A DNA stretch of 63,264 nucleotides, filler included, from Globobulimina sp. (Eukaryota), in NCBI GenBank assembly GCA_003354225.1. It is 30 parts of 30 records of this genome, joined end to end, with 100 filler letters (N's around TTAATTAATTAA, not from the genome) between each part and the next. Parts side by side here need not be neighbours in the genome. Positions count along the whole stretch, not along the records: positions 10,569 to 12,581 come from PIVH01009755.1; positions 12,682 to 14,694 come from PIVH01009756.1; positions 14,795 to 16,807 come from PIVH01009757.1; positions 16,908 to 18,920 come from PIVH01009758.1; positions 19,021 to 21,033 come from PIVH01009759.1; positions 21,134 to 23,146 come from PIVH01009760.1; positions 23,247 to 25,259 come from PIVH01009761.1; 23 more parts are not named here. The stretch is one strand, 5' to 3'. The translations under genes and the position numbers were made by a program. Shown in pieces: positions 11,541 through 23,362 of this stretch. Numbering within the stretch: position 1 is the first letter of the stretch; each line of letters begins with the position of its first letter. The notes beneath the pieces are model-generated. The model was not told where the DNA came from and searched no databases. It saw only the letters and a list, made by a program, of their open reading frames with translations.

Positions 11541-12581
11541 TTATTTTTTCAATTGAGGATCTCCATAAAAACAAAATGTCTCAATGCCTAAATTATTTGT
11601 TTTCATTTGAATACGAAACAATCCCATTTCACCCCAGTATGTACCCCATGAATTTTTACCAATCCAATAAGGTTCCAAAGTTACATTATTCGGTGCCACT
11701 TCAAAGCCCCATCCAATAATCTCAACATAATGGTTTATTGTGACCGTAAATAAAAACTGTTGATAAATTCCTGTCGTATATTGCTTAAATTGCGGAGTTG
11801 CATCCATTCCACAAACAATAGGTCCACTCGAATATATTGCTTGTTTCATATCATTTTCACCTGTGATGGAGCCCCATTTTGAAAAGGAATACGCTGTAAA
11901 ATTAGATATTGAAGCACACATTTTTGGATTAGCCGCATTGTTACAATACTCACATTGATGCAGAGCAGTGGCTGACGCATCATTGCCAATATATAATTGA
12001 CACGATTCCACCGGCACAGAATGCGCAGAAATATATTTCATTACACTGTGTAAGTCACCACATCCATAACAATTTGCATTGATGTCGTCACCTCCTACAT
12101 TCAATAACGACTGAACAGAAAATATTATCTCCGGCCATGCACTTTGATGATTGACAGCCGCTCTGTTAACATTTAATCGGTCAGACATCATTGAAGTCAC
12201 TGCAAACGCCCAATCACTAAGACAGTAATTGGGAACATTTTGATTGCGAACAGCAGTGATATAGCTTGTACCATTCACGTTATTCCAACTGAATTCTGCT
12301 GGATACGCTGAAATAAAATCAAACTTAATCTTTGTTTCCAGAGTGTCTCTAATCTCGCTATCAACATTAGTTTGATTACTGCCATTAACAACAAATGGTT
12401 CGCTTTCTGGTATGGTCCAATAACACTTTGATTCTATTCCCAAATTATTAATACCGCGGATAATTCGAAAGTAGCCATGGTTGCCCCAATAATCACCCCA
12501 CGAATTGCGGCCAATCCAATACTGCGACCCATCGCTCCCATCGCTGGTACTTCCATACCCAACACTGCCTACTGCCAATGG
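11541..12581 (-). CDS. Tandem two-domain papain-family (C1A) cathepsin X/Z-like protein, 5' truncated
   Basis: End of domain 1 (YWIGRNSWG..WG..GYFRI), then a full domain 2 (RNQNVPNYCLSDWAF, NHYVEIIGWG, KNSWG). Confidence 0.92.
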   Translation of the reverse strand, partial: PLAVGSVGYGSTSDGSDGSQYWIGRNSWGDYWGNHGYFRIIRGINNLGIESKCYWTIPESEPFVVNGSNQTNVDSEIRDTLETKIKFDFISAYPAEFSWNNVNGTSYITAVRNQNVPNYCLSDWAFAVTSMMSDRLNVNRAAVNHQSAWPEIIFSVQSLLNVGGDDINANCYGCGDLHSVMKYISAHSVPVESCQLYIGNDASATALHQCEYCNNAANPKMCASISNFTAYSFSKWGSITGENDMKQAIYSSGPIVCGMDATPQFKQYTTGIYQQFLFTVTINHYVEIIGWGFEVAPNNVTLEPYWIGKNSWGTYWGEMGLFRIQMKTNNLGIETFCFYGDPQLKK

Positions 12582-12753
12582 NNNNNNNNNNNNNNNNNNN
12601 NNNNNNNNNNNNNNNNNNNNNNNNNTTAATTAATTAANNNNNNNNNNNNNNNNNNNNNNNNNNNNNNNNNNNNNNNNNNNNAACTAATTTTACAATATCT
12701 AATTAATTATAATATTTTCGAAATTTTGATGAAGAAACACTGACAGACAAAGA

Positions 12754-12790
<37 letters not shown>

Positions 12791-13467
12791 TGGCACCTTG
12801 CCAATAATTATTGAACAATTTCGAAGCTGATCTTTCTATATCGACAGTATCTTTAACTGTTCATAGTCTCACAATTGCGAGCACAGTCAATTACAGTCGG
12901 CATATTAGCTTTTATTATCAATTAACAAGGCAATTAAGTCACGATAGCAAACCTGGCAAGATCATTTTTTATCACGCAACAAGAGTGCGACATTCAACAG
13001 CAAACATTAGAAGTACAATCAATAACAAATACATCTGGTATACATCAAGATATTGCCCAACAAATAGTTACATATATCCCATATATCAACGAAGCGTCGA
13101 TACAACAATCCATCGATTCTTACGAACAAACTCGAGCATCCTACGCTGCCGAGAATATATTGCGAGCTCAAGAAGTCGATCAAGTCAATCAATTCCGTGC
13201 AGAATACTTAGAAGAGGCATTAGTAGCATGTGCTCCAACACCGGCAGAATTAAAAATGTACCAAGAAATGGAAATTCCTTACTTCAATTACCGGAAACTT
13301 CATCAACCACTTTGTCCGGATTGCAGCCTGATATTCGAGGAATGCAATTGTTGTCAAACACGGTATCTACGTTGGAGTCAAGAAGCGGACATCCACATTT
13401 TCGGCCTTTATCCGACCCTCCGCCAATAAAAAATCGACCGCGTCAAATCCAGGCGCAAAATTTAATA

Positions 13468-14694
13468 ATGACACCAAATAACAATACGCAAAAGCGCAAT
13501 AATAAAAATATTAATAATACCCCTCGACGATCATCACGCATTAATAAAATGCGGCAGCGTCAATATTCACAACAACCTAATCAATCCCCTTCTTTTTATA
13601 ATAATAAACAGCGATATAAATTGAAAAATAAACAAAAAACGTATACGCAAATTCGCAATAAAGCTAATAATAAGACGGCCATACAACAACCCGCAATAAC
13701 AACCAATCAAAAGCCAACAAAACCCCCATTGGCTAATAAAACAACACATAAATTTATTTATAAACAACAACAAAATGAACAGAATATAAATGTGGACACG
13801 GCGGCAGACAATAAAAAGGATTATGATGGCGGCAAAGAGGTAGTGATTAACAAAAAGAAAAGGCGAAGAATACTCGACATCGAAGCAAACGGCGATGTCA
13901 TAGAAATCATTGACGGAAAACCGCAGCAAATCAGTCCAAAGCGGAAGAAAATGCAATTAAATAATTACAGAAATCCCAAGCTAAATCCGGGAACATTAAA
14001 AAAGAGAAATCCCAATGCAAATCCGGGAACATTTAAACCGAATAATTCCAACATAAATCCGAGAAAACACCAAGAACGTAACGCTGAAAATGCAACAAAA
14101 GATAGCAAATCACCCAAAAACAACAAAAATAAGGTAACAGAGCAACAATTGGTGGCGCAAGAAATGCCTATTTGTAACCTCTCTGATGATGAAGACGAGG
14201 ACTTACTATCTTTCGCGCAGTATAAACAAGCATATAGTAAGCGGTACGATGTCAACACGGATTATACAAATATGCCTAAAAATTTTCGCAGCAGAAACGA
14301 CAAACAGCATTGGCATTTTTGTAAGCGTCTATTTGCCGGCAAAAGATCAGTACAAACGGCGCAAGAATGGCTGCAAGAATACAAGCAACCAAATGATAAA
14401 CAACAACAAGTAGTAAACAGTGAGAGTATGAACGACGCCGATTATAAATGCAAGAAAATTGTTGAAGCAAAAGATATTAAGGCAATAAAATGCAATAATT
14501 GCGATCTAAAAATTAAAATTGATAACATTGAATACAACGACGCCCAGATTGCATATATCAGTGATTGGTATTGCAATAATTGTAAAAAAGCAAATGTATC
14601 ATTAAAAATCAAATGGCGATGTAATAATAACCAATGCAAACAATTTAAAAAAAATTGGATTCGATTCGTAACATTAAAAAAACATCAAATTGCG
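13468..14694 (+). CDS. N/K-rich protein with C-terminal CxxC motifs, 3' truncated
   Basis: Natural ATG at 13468; CNNC...CNNC...CNNNQC. The upstream part of the track ORF is probably the wrong frame. Confidence 0.5.
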
Positions 14695-14794
14695 NNNNNN
14701 NNNNNNNNNNNNNNNNNNNNNNNNNNNNNNNNNNNNNNTTAATTAATTAANNNNNNNNNNNNNNNNNNNNNNNNNNNNNNNNNNNNNNNNNNNN

Positions 14795-16249
14795 GCGGAG
14801 AGAAAATATGCGGCGGTTTTGAACCGTCCGCCGGGCCACCATTGCGACGGTGAGAAGTATAGCGGTTATTGCTACATAAACAACATCGCAGTGGCCATTG
14901 AGAAGCAGTTGAACCAAGACACCAAAGTGTTGGTATTGGACATCGACGTGCATCACGGCGACGGCACTCAGAAATTGTTCTATGCAGAGCCTACAGTGCT
15001 AACTGTCTCCTTCCACCAATACGACGGCTCCTTTTTCCCTTCGAGCGGACTGCGGACTTCGTATGGACCGTCGCGGCGACATCCGGCCTATGGCACGAAT
15101 ATAAACGTGCCGTTAGATGATGGCGCCTCGGACTTGGATGTGTTGTACGCTCTGCGTAATATGGTGTGGAACATTGTGGATAAATTCAAGCCGGACATTG
15201 CTTTCTATGCGCTGGGCACCGACGGCGTGGCCAACGACAAAGCCAATAATTCCACCATATTCACGCCCAGTTTGTACGGGCAAATCGCGTATGAGCTGCG
15301 GGAATATGTTAAGTTGATCGTGGTGACCACGGAAGGTGGCTATACGACGGATTATTTGGCCTCGGGAATGAGCGCCGCTTTGCATGGCCTGACGGCACAG
15401 ATCGATGTCGATCATTATCCATCGGAATTCAAGCAAAGTGACATTTTGCCGGCGACCATACACAATGTGGCAGCCACCATTAGTGATTTGCGGCGGGTCT
15501 ATGACTTCGAGCAGGATCCGAATGAGATACGGAAGATTTTTAGCGGTTATAATGACAGTTTCAGCCGAGAGAGTATGTACATTCCGAATGATATGGATTA
15601 CAATGAGAGTGACAGCGAGATGCATGACATGGATATGGAAGATATGGAGATGGCGTTTAGCGAGGAAGTGGAGGTGAAAAAGGATAAGAAAAGCAAGGGA
15701 AGGAAGCATAGGAAACATAGGAAACACAAAAAGAGGGATAAGGACCGGATTGATTTGACGGAGGACAAAGAGAGGAAGAAAAAGAAAAAGAAAAAGAAGA
15801 AACATAAAAAACATAGGAAGGATAAGGAGAAAAGGTCAGTGTCGAAATGTGTGGATAGGAAACAGAGGAAAGAGAGGCGGGATGGCAAAGAGATTGAGAT
15901 AATAGATTTGATTGAAGACAGTCCGATGGCGGATATTAATATAAATGTGCACGGAAATGGAGGGACGAAAAAGAAGAAGAAAAAGAAAAAAAAACATAGA
16001 GATAAGAATAAGCATAGAGATAAGGATAAGGATAGAAAGAAAAAGAAGAAAAAAGCAAAAATCAATGATAATGAGAATAAATCAGATATTAATAATGTTG
16101 CTGTTAATAAGGATGAGAATGAAAGTAATAAAATGTGTACATTGAGTAATATTATTGGGAATGGAGTGAGTGATTTACTTAATATTATAAATCAAGATAA
16201 AAGTAAGAATAATGATAAGATATCATCGGATATCATAGTAATTGAATGA
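14795..16249 (+). CDS. Zn-dependent histone deacetylase (class II-like) with Lys-rich tail, 5' truncated
   Basis: RPPGHH, GYCYINN, LDIDVHHGDGTQ, SFHQY, NINVPL, GTD...D, EGGY. Confidence 0.95.
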   Translation, partial: AERKYAAVLNRPPGHHCDGEKYSGYCYINNIAVAIEKQLNQDTKVLVLDIDVHHGDGTQKLFYAEPTVLTVSFHQYDGSFFPSSGLRTSYGPSRRHPAYGTNINVPLDDGASDLDVLYALRNMVWNIVDKFKPDIAFYALGTDGVANDKANNSTIFTPSLYGQIAYELREYVKLIVVTTEGGYTTDYLASGMSAALHGLTAQIDVDHYPSEFKQSDILPATIHNVAATISDLRRVYDFEQDPNEIRKIFSGYNDSFSRESMYIPNDMDYNESDSEMHDMDMEDMEMAFSEEVEVKKDKKSKGRKHRKHRKHKKRDKDRIDLTEDKERKKKKKKKKKHKKHRKDKEKRSVSKCVDRKQRKERRDGKEIEIIDLIEDSPMADININVHGNGGTKKKKKKKKKHRDKNKHRDKDKDRKKKKKKAKINDNENKSDINNVAVNKDENESNKMCTLSNIIGNGVSDLLNIINQDKSKNNDKISSDIIVIE

Positions 16250-16261
16250 TAATGTCAAGGT

Positions 16262-16306
16262 ATATGCTGAGTTATCTCTAATTGGAGTGTCGATAACTCA
16301 GCATAT
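16262..16306. repeat. Perfect 15-bp inverted repeat just after the HDAC stop
   Basis: ATATGCTGAGTTATC-N15-GATAACTCAGCATAT. Confidence 0.85.
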
Positions 16307-17096
16307 TTGCGAAGGACAGGCATAATCGTGAAATAATTACAAAATGTAAGACAGTCAATGAAGCAAAAATTTTTTATAAAAAGGTCTTGTCCATTGTCAA
16401 AATGCCGTCATGCCTGAAATCATTTACAATTTTTAATATGCCACTACAGACCGAAATTTCGATAATGTCATTTTCATTACGCTGTGGAAATGAAAAAACA
16501 AGAGTGACGATTTTTAGTCACTCTTGTTTGAAATATTTTATTTCGTTTTGCTCACAAATTCATGAAATGATAACATGCTGTTTATACGACGGAAATAGTA
16601 TTCCGCATACGACAGGAGATACTGTTCGGGATCTGCAGTTTTATCTAAGTCCAAACTCTGAGCATTACTTGGATTGATTCCATCTAAGTGACTCCTATGC
16701 ATATTTTAAGGAAACCCCACTCCGGGAACCTCAACTCGCACCGTTTCAACGGTTCCTTTTGTTCGATTAAGATAAGAAGACGTAGACGTAACTATAAAGA
16801 GAGTTTTNNNNNNNNNNNNNNNNNNNNNNNNNNNNNNNNNNNNNNNNNNNNTTAATTAATTAANNNNNNNNNNNNNNNNNNNNNNNNNNNNNNNNNNNNN
16901 NNNNNNNCGAAGTGAAACGTTTCTAGTTCTATGAAAAAGGTCAGCTGCTATTACAAATTATTGCTTGCGAGCGTGAAACAAGTCAGCTGCTATTACAAAA
17001 TTTTGCTTGCGAGCTAATTATGAATTACAAAATAACGCTTGCGAAAAATAATGTTTCGCGTATTATGAAAAATATGAAATTTATGGTGAAATATAT

Positions 17097-18920
17097 TTAC
17101 TTAACTCCATTATTAACACGTTCAATCTCATGGCATATATCTGATTTGCTGCTATACCAATCGCTAAATCCATATTCATCTTTCATTTTATTCGCAACAT
17201 TCATTCCAGGTTCATGCATCGCGCCATCTCCATGATATCCATGCACATATTTGGATACATCTTCATTTGTCATGTTTAATTTATTAAAAACAATCTGTTT
17301 GTTTTTAACATGACCGATAGCAGTTTTGTTGGTATTAATATCATTTGGATCATCTGTCATTGCTTGTTGGTGTATACCAACAGATACAGGTAACATTATA
17401 TGCGGATGTATTGATTTTACCCGCATAAATTCAAACGAAGTGTTCCATTTGGATCCACAATCACTGGTTAATGAACAGCCTGCACTGGATCCTGTTGCTT
17501 CTAATGGAGCTAATATAGAATTTGTAACCAAAGGGATTATTTCATCACATATTGCTTGTTTTAATTGTTGTAAACATGACCTTGAATGCAATCTGTTTCC
17601 AACCATTGCACCGGATACATAATAATCTGCTAATATGTATGGCCATTTATTGTCGGCAATACGGTCTTCAGTCTTTCGTATAAGCCAATAAAATATATTA
17701 GTCATAATTTTCTTACTTCTCTTTATATCCGGCATCCATATTTTCGGCTCTTTTTTAATTTGGGCGTGAATATAATATCTATTTGACTGTTCGTCAAAAT
17801 GATAATAACAAATGTTTTTCAGATAATAACAAATGTTTTTCATATGCTTTTCTTTTTTTATGAACGCCACCGCCTAAATCCGTTCCACACGCTTCACAAT
17901 GTATAATATAAAAACCGTCAATAATTTCATCTTCAAACAAACATAGTCCTTCATGACCATAGAGCACTAATAATCCATCAGGATGCGTTATATATTTAGT
18001 ATTATTTATTTTTTCATCTGCTACAACATTCAAATATTGATTCCATTTAATTTCTTCACCACCTTGGTCATCATCATGGTCATCAACATTGTTTCCAACA
18101 TTTTTTCCACCATTGCTTCCAACATTGTTTCCAACATTCTAAATATATACATTCAGTTTGTTTTAATATCATAATATGTATGTAACTAAACTGCCCAAAA
18201 TGCACTCAAAGTATGTTGGCTTTTCATTTTATCCTTCTCTTTTTTCATTTTATTTCGTTTGCCTGAACCTTTTGTATACGTAGCAATTATTCCATTTCTC
18301 CATTCCATAGTTTCAATATCTAATTCAAGTATTGGCAAATTGGTTATTGTATTATTCCATGTGGATTGTTTGCATTCTCGCGTACGATGTTGTTTTGCAC
18401 TGCGATACATACCAATATGGTCACAATCCGGACATTTAATCATTTTATATTGATCACAATTAAATGTATTATATTCCGATATTTGTTGAATGGACCACTT
18501 TCTCACATTGCGTAAAGTCAATTTCCCGCCGCATATATTTAATTGATTTGCAAATGAATCTGGTAATGTAGCCTTATGTTTTGCTGTCTTTTGCTTTCTG
18601 AAGTTCTAAAGTAAAAAAAACAACAACTTTTTACATTTTCAATCATGGTACAACAACGTTTGCTAACTTAACTACATTTCCTTCGGTCATGGCCAGGATG
18701 CGATTGTAATTCAACATAATTGATCTCAACAACTGTCTCTTCGCATTAATATCTATTTCTGTTTGTACGTTCAAAATAATATGTTCAGCAAAACATAATA
18801 AATATACACCACAATCAACGGAATTATTTTGTTGTTGACAAATTACAGATTGTACATTCAATGTGAATCCATTCGAAATGCCTTGTAATTGATATTGGAG
18901 AGAGATAAAATGGTTAATAT
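17097..18920 (-). CDS. Spliced Ulp1/C48 protease + zinc-finger (BED-like) protein, transposon-type, 5' truncated
   Basis: QQNNSVDCGVYLLCFAE. Introns about 18606-18651, 18139-18191 and 17779-17830 join four track ORFs in frame and complete CEAC...KHLYYIH. Confidence 0.7.
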
Positions 18921-19022
18921 NNNNNNNNNNNNNNNNNNNNNNNNNNNNNNNNNNNNNNNNNNNNTTAATTAATTAANNNNNNNNNNNNNNNNNNNNNNNN
19001 NNNNNNNNNNNNNNNNNNNNGG

Positions 19023-21033
19023 ATGCCATGTACTTTTGATCGCGAATTAGACTTATCCGAACTACGATTTAGAGAAAATAATGAGATCGAAGAGGTGCGA
19101 CGAAATGCCAGTAATCGTGAAACTCAGTTGTTGGGAGAGTTGCGACAGACACAAGAGACTTTAGAACGAACACGCCAAAACGAACGAGAAGTAGAAGAAA
19201 GGTCAGAGGCTAATCGGGTTGAAAGTAGACGAGCAGCTGTCGTTATGCATTTGAGAATTGAAGAAGCGCAGAGTCAAGCTTTACAAGTGGGGACGCAAAA
19301 TCGAGAGTTAATTGAAGAGAATCTGCGCATGACTAATAGATTAACGAATAATGATAATGTTGTAAATAATGAACAGGATATAAACAGTCTTAATGTGTTT
19401 CAGGGCTATTATCAAACGGACCAAGGTGAGCATCGGAATCATGAACGGTCAGAATTTGCAAATGGTGCTGGTATTGGTTTGAGAAACCATTTAATTGAAC
19501 CTGAACGAAATTTTTGGGATGATTTAGAACATCGCATTAGAAATGGACCAAATCTGAACAATGCAATGGGCCCTCCTCCTGCTGCAAATGTACTGGTACC
19601 CGGTGAGCGAAGTAATATTGCGAATCAGGTCGATCAAACGGTAAATGCATTAGTGCCTAGTGTTACGCAGACTGTGCCATTGGTAGCAGTAAACGGTAAT
19701 GAAAGACGGCAACATGACAATAACGGTCAAGTTAGTCGTGGCGGGGCTAGAATGGTACAACGTGGTCAGAATTGGGGTTATCGTGGTCAACACCGTGACA
19801 GACAGCGTGACAATGGTCAAAATCGTGATTCAAGTCCAAATCGTAATCGAAATTATGGGGGTAATGAAAATTCGAACCGAAATCGGGACCGTGATAATAA
19901 TCGTGATCGGGGAAATCAGCGTGACAATAATCGTGACCGTGACAGCGATCGATCACAGTCAAGAGTGACGTCACACCATTCGCGTGACAATGGTTCAAAT
20001 CGAACGCGTGACACATCAATTGAGGAAATTACTGATAATATGCGAAACATGTCACACCGTGACAATCGACGTCGTAGACAACGTAGTCCATCAAGTCCAC
20101 GTGACTCATCGAGCGAAGAGTCTGAGCGAACGCCGCGTCGAAACAACAATCGTGTTGTACCGTCAAACCGACGAAGATACAGTTCGACCGATAATGACCG
20201 GCGTGAGGCAACACCACGTCGTCGAGGGAATGGATATCACGCAAGGCGTCGAATAAAACCGTTCGATCCAAAAAGTGTATTGCCACAACACATTTTTCAC
20301 GGGACCGGGGATAATTTCGAGGAATGGTTACAAAAAGGGCGACTTTTATGTACGGTTTTGGGAAACGTAAATTATTTTTACGAAAATTTGTACTATTTTC
20401 TGGGCGAAATTCCGTTGACATTGTATATTAAAATTTCGAAAGAAAGTAGAGGCGAACCGGTCGATCCAGAAGTCGTACTGGAACAAATGCGTGAAATGTG
20501 GGGCAATCGGGCTGCCAGTCGGGGGGCACAAGCCGAAAGTTACGAAAATTTGGTGCAAGGATCGTCAACATTGCCAACATTTACGAATATTTTCGAAATC
20601 GCATTTTGTAATATGAATCGACATTTGAGAAGGGGACCGGAAAGAGACGATCGTATGTGTCGCGAATTTACAAAAAAAGTTAATCCATCGGAACGGGCAA
20701 AAATCGCGACTATTAGGGCAGGCATGAATGAATTAAATTGGGCTAAAATGTCAAAACGCATTCGTCGACATGCAACGGAAATGGAAGTGTCAATGTTGAG
20801 CGCAAATCAAAGTCGATTTCCCACGCATACTGTAACCGCTAATCGAACCGATTTTGACATGTCACGAGTACAAACATACGCAGCATTACCAACTACAGTA
20901 CCCACAACTACAGAAGTAGTCAAAACAGAGACATCAAGTCAGTTCCATGTAGTAACACAGTATTTACAACGATGCAGTGAAACAAACAATCCAGTCACAG
21001 TACAGAATTTGGTTGATCGGGTGAAACTATTGT
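19023..21033 (+). mobile_element. LTR retrotransposon Gag-like ORF
   Basis: Coiled coil, RD/RS-rich tract, then capsid-like IFHGTGDNFEEWL...FLGEIP...YENLVQGSSTLPTF; intronless. Confidence 0.75.
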
Positions 21034-21133
21034 NNNNNNNNNNNNNNNNNNNNNNNNNNNNNNNNNNNNNNNNNNNNTTAATTAATTAANNNNNNNNNNN
21101 NNNNNNNNNNNNNNNNNNNNNNNNNNNNNNNNN

Positions 21134-21331
21134 TTTAATTAATATTCGATCGTCAGCACCTTGTGCTTGTTGTTGTTGTTGTTGGTTTTGGTGATGCATA
21201 TAAGATCGTGGCGGTCTTTGTAATAATTGTTGCAATTGTTGTAATTCGTCATTTTCTTCTTCTTCTTCTTCGTCAAAGGATGACGATGAGGTTGATGTTG
21301 TTTGATCGTCATCTTCTTCTGCTTCTGCCAT
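21134..21331 (-). CDS. 5' end of an acidic/Gln-rich protein
   Basis: MAEAEEDDDQ... open to the contig end. Confidence 0.5.
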
Positions 21332-21438
21332 CGACTTATTGTTGTAATGTGAAGAGTGCAAAGAGTTTTTTATTAGTGTTATTTTTAAGTTGTGTCGAAT
21401 TTAAATACAAAATACAAGATATACAATCATATGTATTA

Positions 21439-23146
21439 TTATCCAAGAGTTTGAATAAGATTATCAATTTTTGAAAGTAATGAGTTGTTGTTATTAGTAT
21501 TATCAATATGAATATCAATATAATTGTCATTGACATTAATATTATTAAATGAATTTTTGTGATTAGCATTTTTATGAAAATTATATACAGTATTCACATA
21601 ATTTTGTGGCGAGGTTCCAATGTCATATCGTTTTCCATTTATAATTAAACCATGTGTTTCTTGTTCATTTCGTAATAATTGCAGACACGGCGTTAATTGA
21701 AATGTTCCATTATGTCTTATTGGTGGTTTATGATTGATATTATTTCCTAATAATTCCATTAATCGGCTACCATCCAATATATACAAACCAAATATGGTTA
21801 AAAATTCATCATCTCTCAGTCCATCAATTTTTAAGTGCTTTTTTGCATACGATATCAATGGTTTTTCTACAATCTCAGTGATGTACAAGGATTTATGTCC
21901 ATTATTCATCCATTTCCCGCCAATTGTACCAAAGTTTTTAATTTCTTTCTCATTCGTTATTTGTAAGCCATAGCAATTACAGCCATTCTGCGCATGATAA
22001 TTAATTAACTGTTGGATGCATCCAATTTGCTGCGTACTATCCGTTGTTTTATACAAATGATCGCCTAATAATAATAGAAAATTCTCCGAATTTATAAGTT
22101 TTTTCGCCTCAAAAATGGCATGTCCTAAACCTAACTGTTCCTCTTGGATTATAAATTTTATTTTCCTGCCATACGCTATAATCTTTGCAGAATATCTTTG
22201 TAATTCAGGCGATAATTTCTCAATTTGTTGCAATGGCAATTTCTGATAAAACAACGACTTAAATGAGTGTAAATCACAAGGTGACACAATTAAATATATC
22301 TCATTTATGCCACATTTTATAACTTGTTCAATTAGTATCAATATGGCTGGCTTTAATAAGCCATCATTACCATCAACGATTGGAAACAATGCGGTTGAGA
22401 TTGTTTTGGAGGATGGAAACAAAGATGAACCATAAACTGCAGTCGGTATTATACATTTATTTACTTTCTGATAGCCACCAATTATTAATTTAATACATTG
22501 CATTCCTTGCGATTGCGAACCATATTCATTTTCGATGATTTTACAAACAATGTCTTGATCTGATTGCGTTTTACATAATAATTGACATGAACCGTCGCCT
22601 TGCGATCCCACTCCTTTCCCCCCATAAATATATGGCAATATCTTCTCATTTGACAATACGCGATATAACCATTTGCTTTCTAACTGCGTTGGAGAAGCGG
22701 GCTGCGCATATTTATGAAATAATTCCTGTGCTTCGCTCATCAACGCACCGACCACATCAATCTGACCCGCTGCAATGGCCTCAATGGCTCGCAGTGTAAT
22801 ATCCAAATTAATTTCACCCAACAACTTGCGTACATTCATAGATACAGTATTATTGTTATCTGATTTATAACATCTGTTTAAATCTGCTAATATTTTCTTT
22901 GTATCTTTACTTTTATTCAAATCAACAATGACTAAGAATAATGATGATTTAATGGCTAACTCTTTGCTCAAAACATTATCATTATCAAATTCCATACAGA
23001 CCGGTCTCGCGCCATAGGCACAGCATTGGTCCATTCTGCCGCATTGTGATGGCGTGGTCCTTTCGCCCAAATATGCATATTCCATTATGCCCTCAATGGT
23101 TAATTTCAAGCCATAGATATTATTAAATGCTCTCGCTATTAATACA
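21439..23146 (-). CDS. GHMP sugar kinase fused to a GalU-like nucleotidyltransferase domain, 5' truncated
   Basis: AYLGERTTPSQCGRMDQ, GGKGVGSQGDG, then KCIIP...LFP..K, QEEQLGLGHAI, LLLGDH, IVEKP. Confidence 0.9.
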
Positions 23147-23259
23147 NNNNNNNNNNNNNNNNNNNNNNNNNNNNNNNNNNNNNNNNNNNNTTAATTAATT
23201 AANNNNNNNNNNNNNNNNNNNNNNNNNNNNNNNNNNNNNNNNNNNNTCATTAATGAGAT

Positions 23260-23354
23260 TCATATTTAGGATCGCCAATCTAAAAGACAAGTGTAGACAT
23301 TGGAGACATGAAATGTAACGGTCTCGAAAATCACTTAGTTGGCCATAGTCAATT
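23260..23354 (+). repeat. Dispersed 95-bp repeat, copy 1
   Basis: Reverse complement of 33590-33684 with 2 mismatches. Confidence 0.95.
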
Positions 23355-23362
23355 GTTGTATC

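Noticed and set aside
15113-16065. Antisense Phe/Leu-rich ORFs (similar ones at 4243, 7191, 19747, 40093, 52230)
   Set aside because: Shadows of low-complexity or well-supported genes on the opposite strand
16700-16765. Possible ribozyme or structured RNA (ACCGTT/AACGGT hairpin)
   Set aside because: Only short stems; no hammerhead or HDV core recognisable
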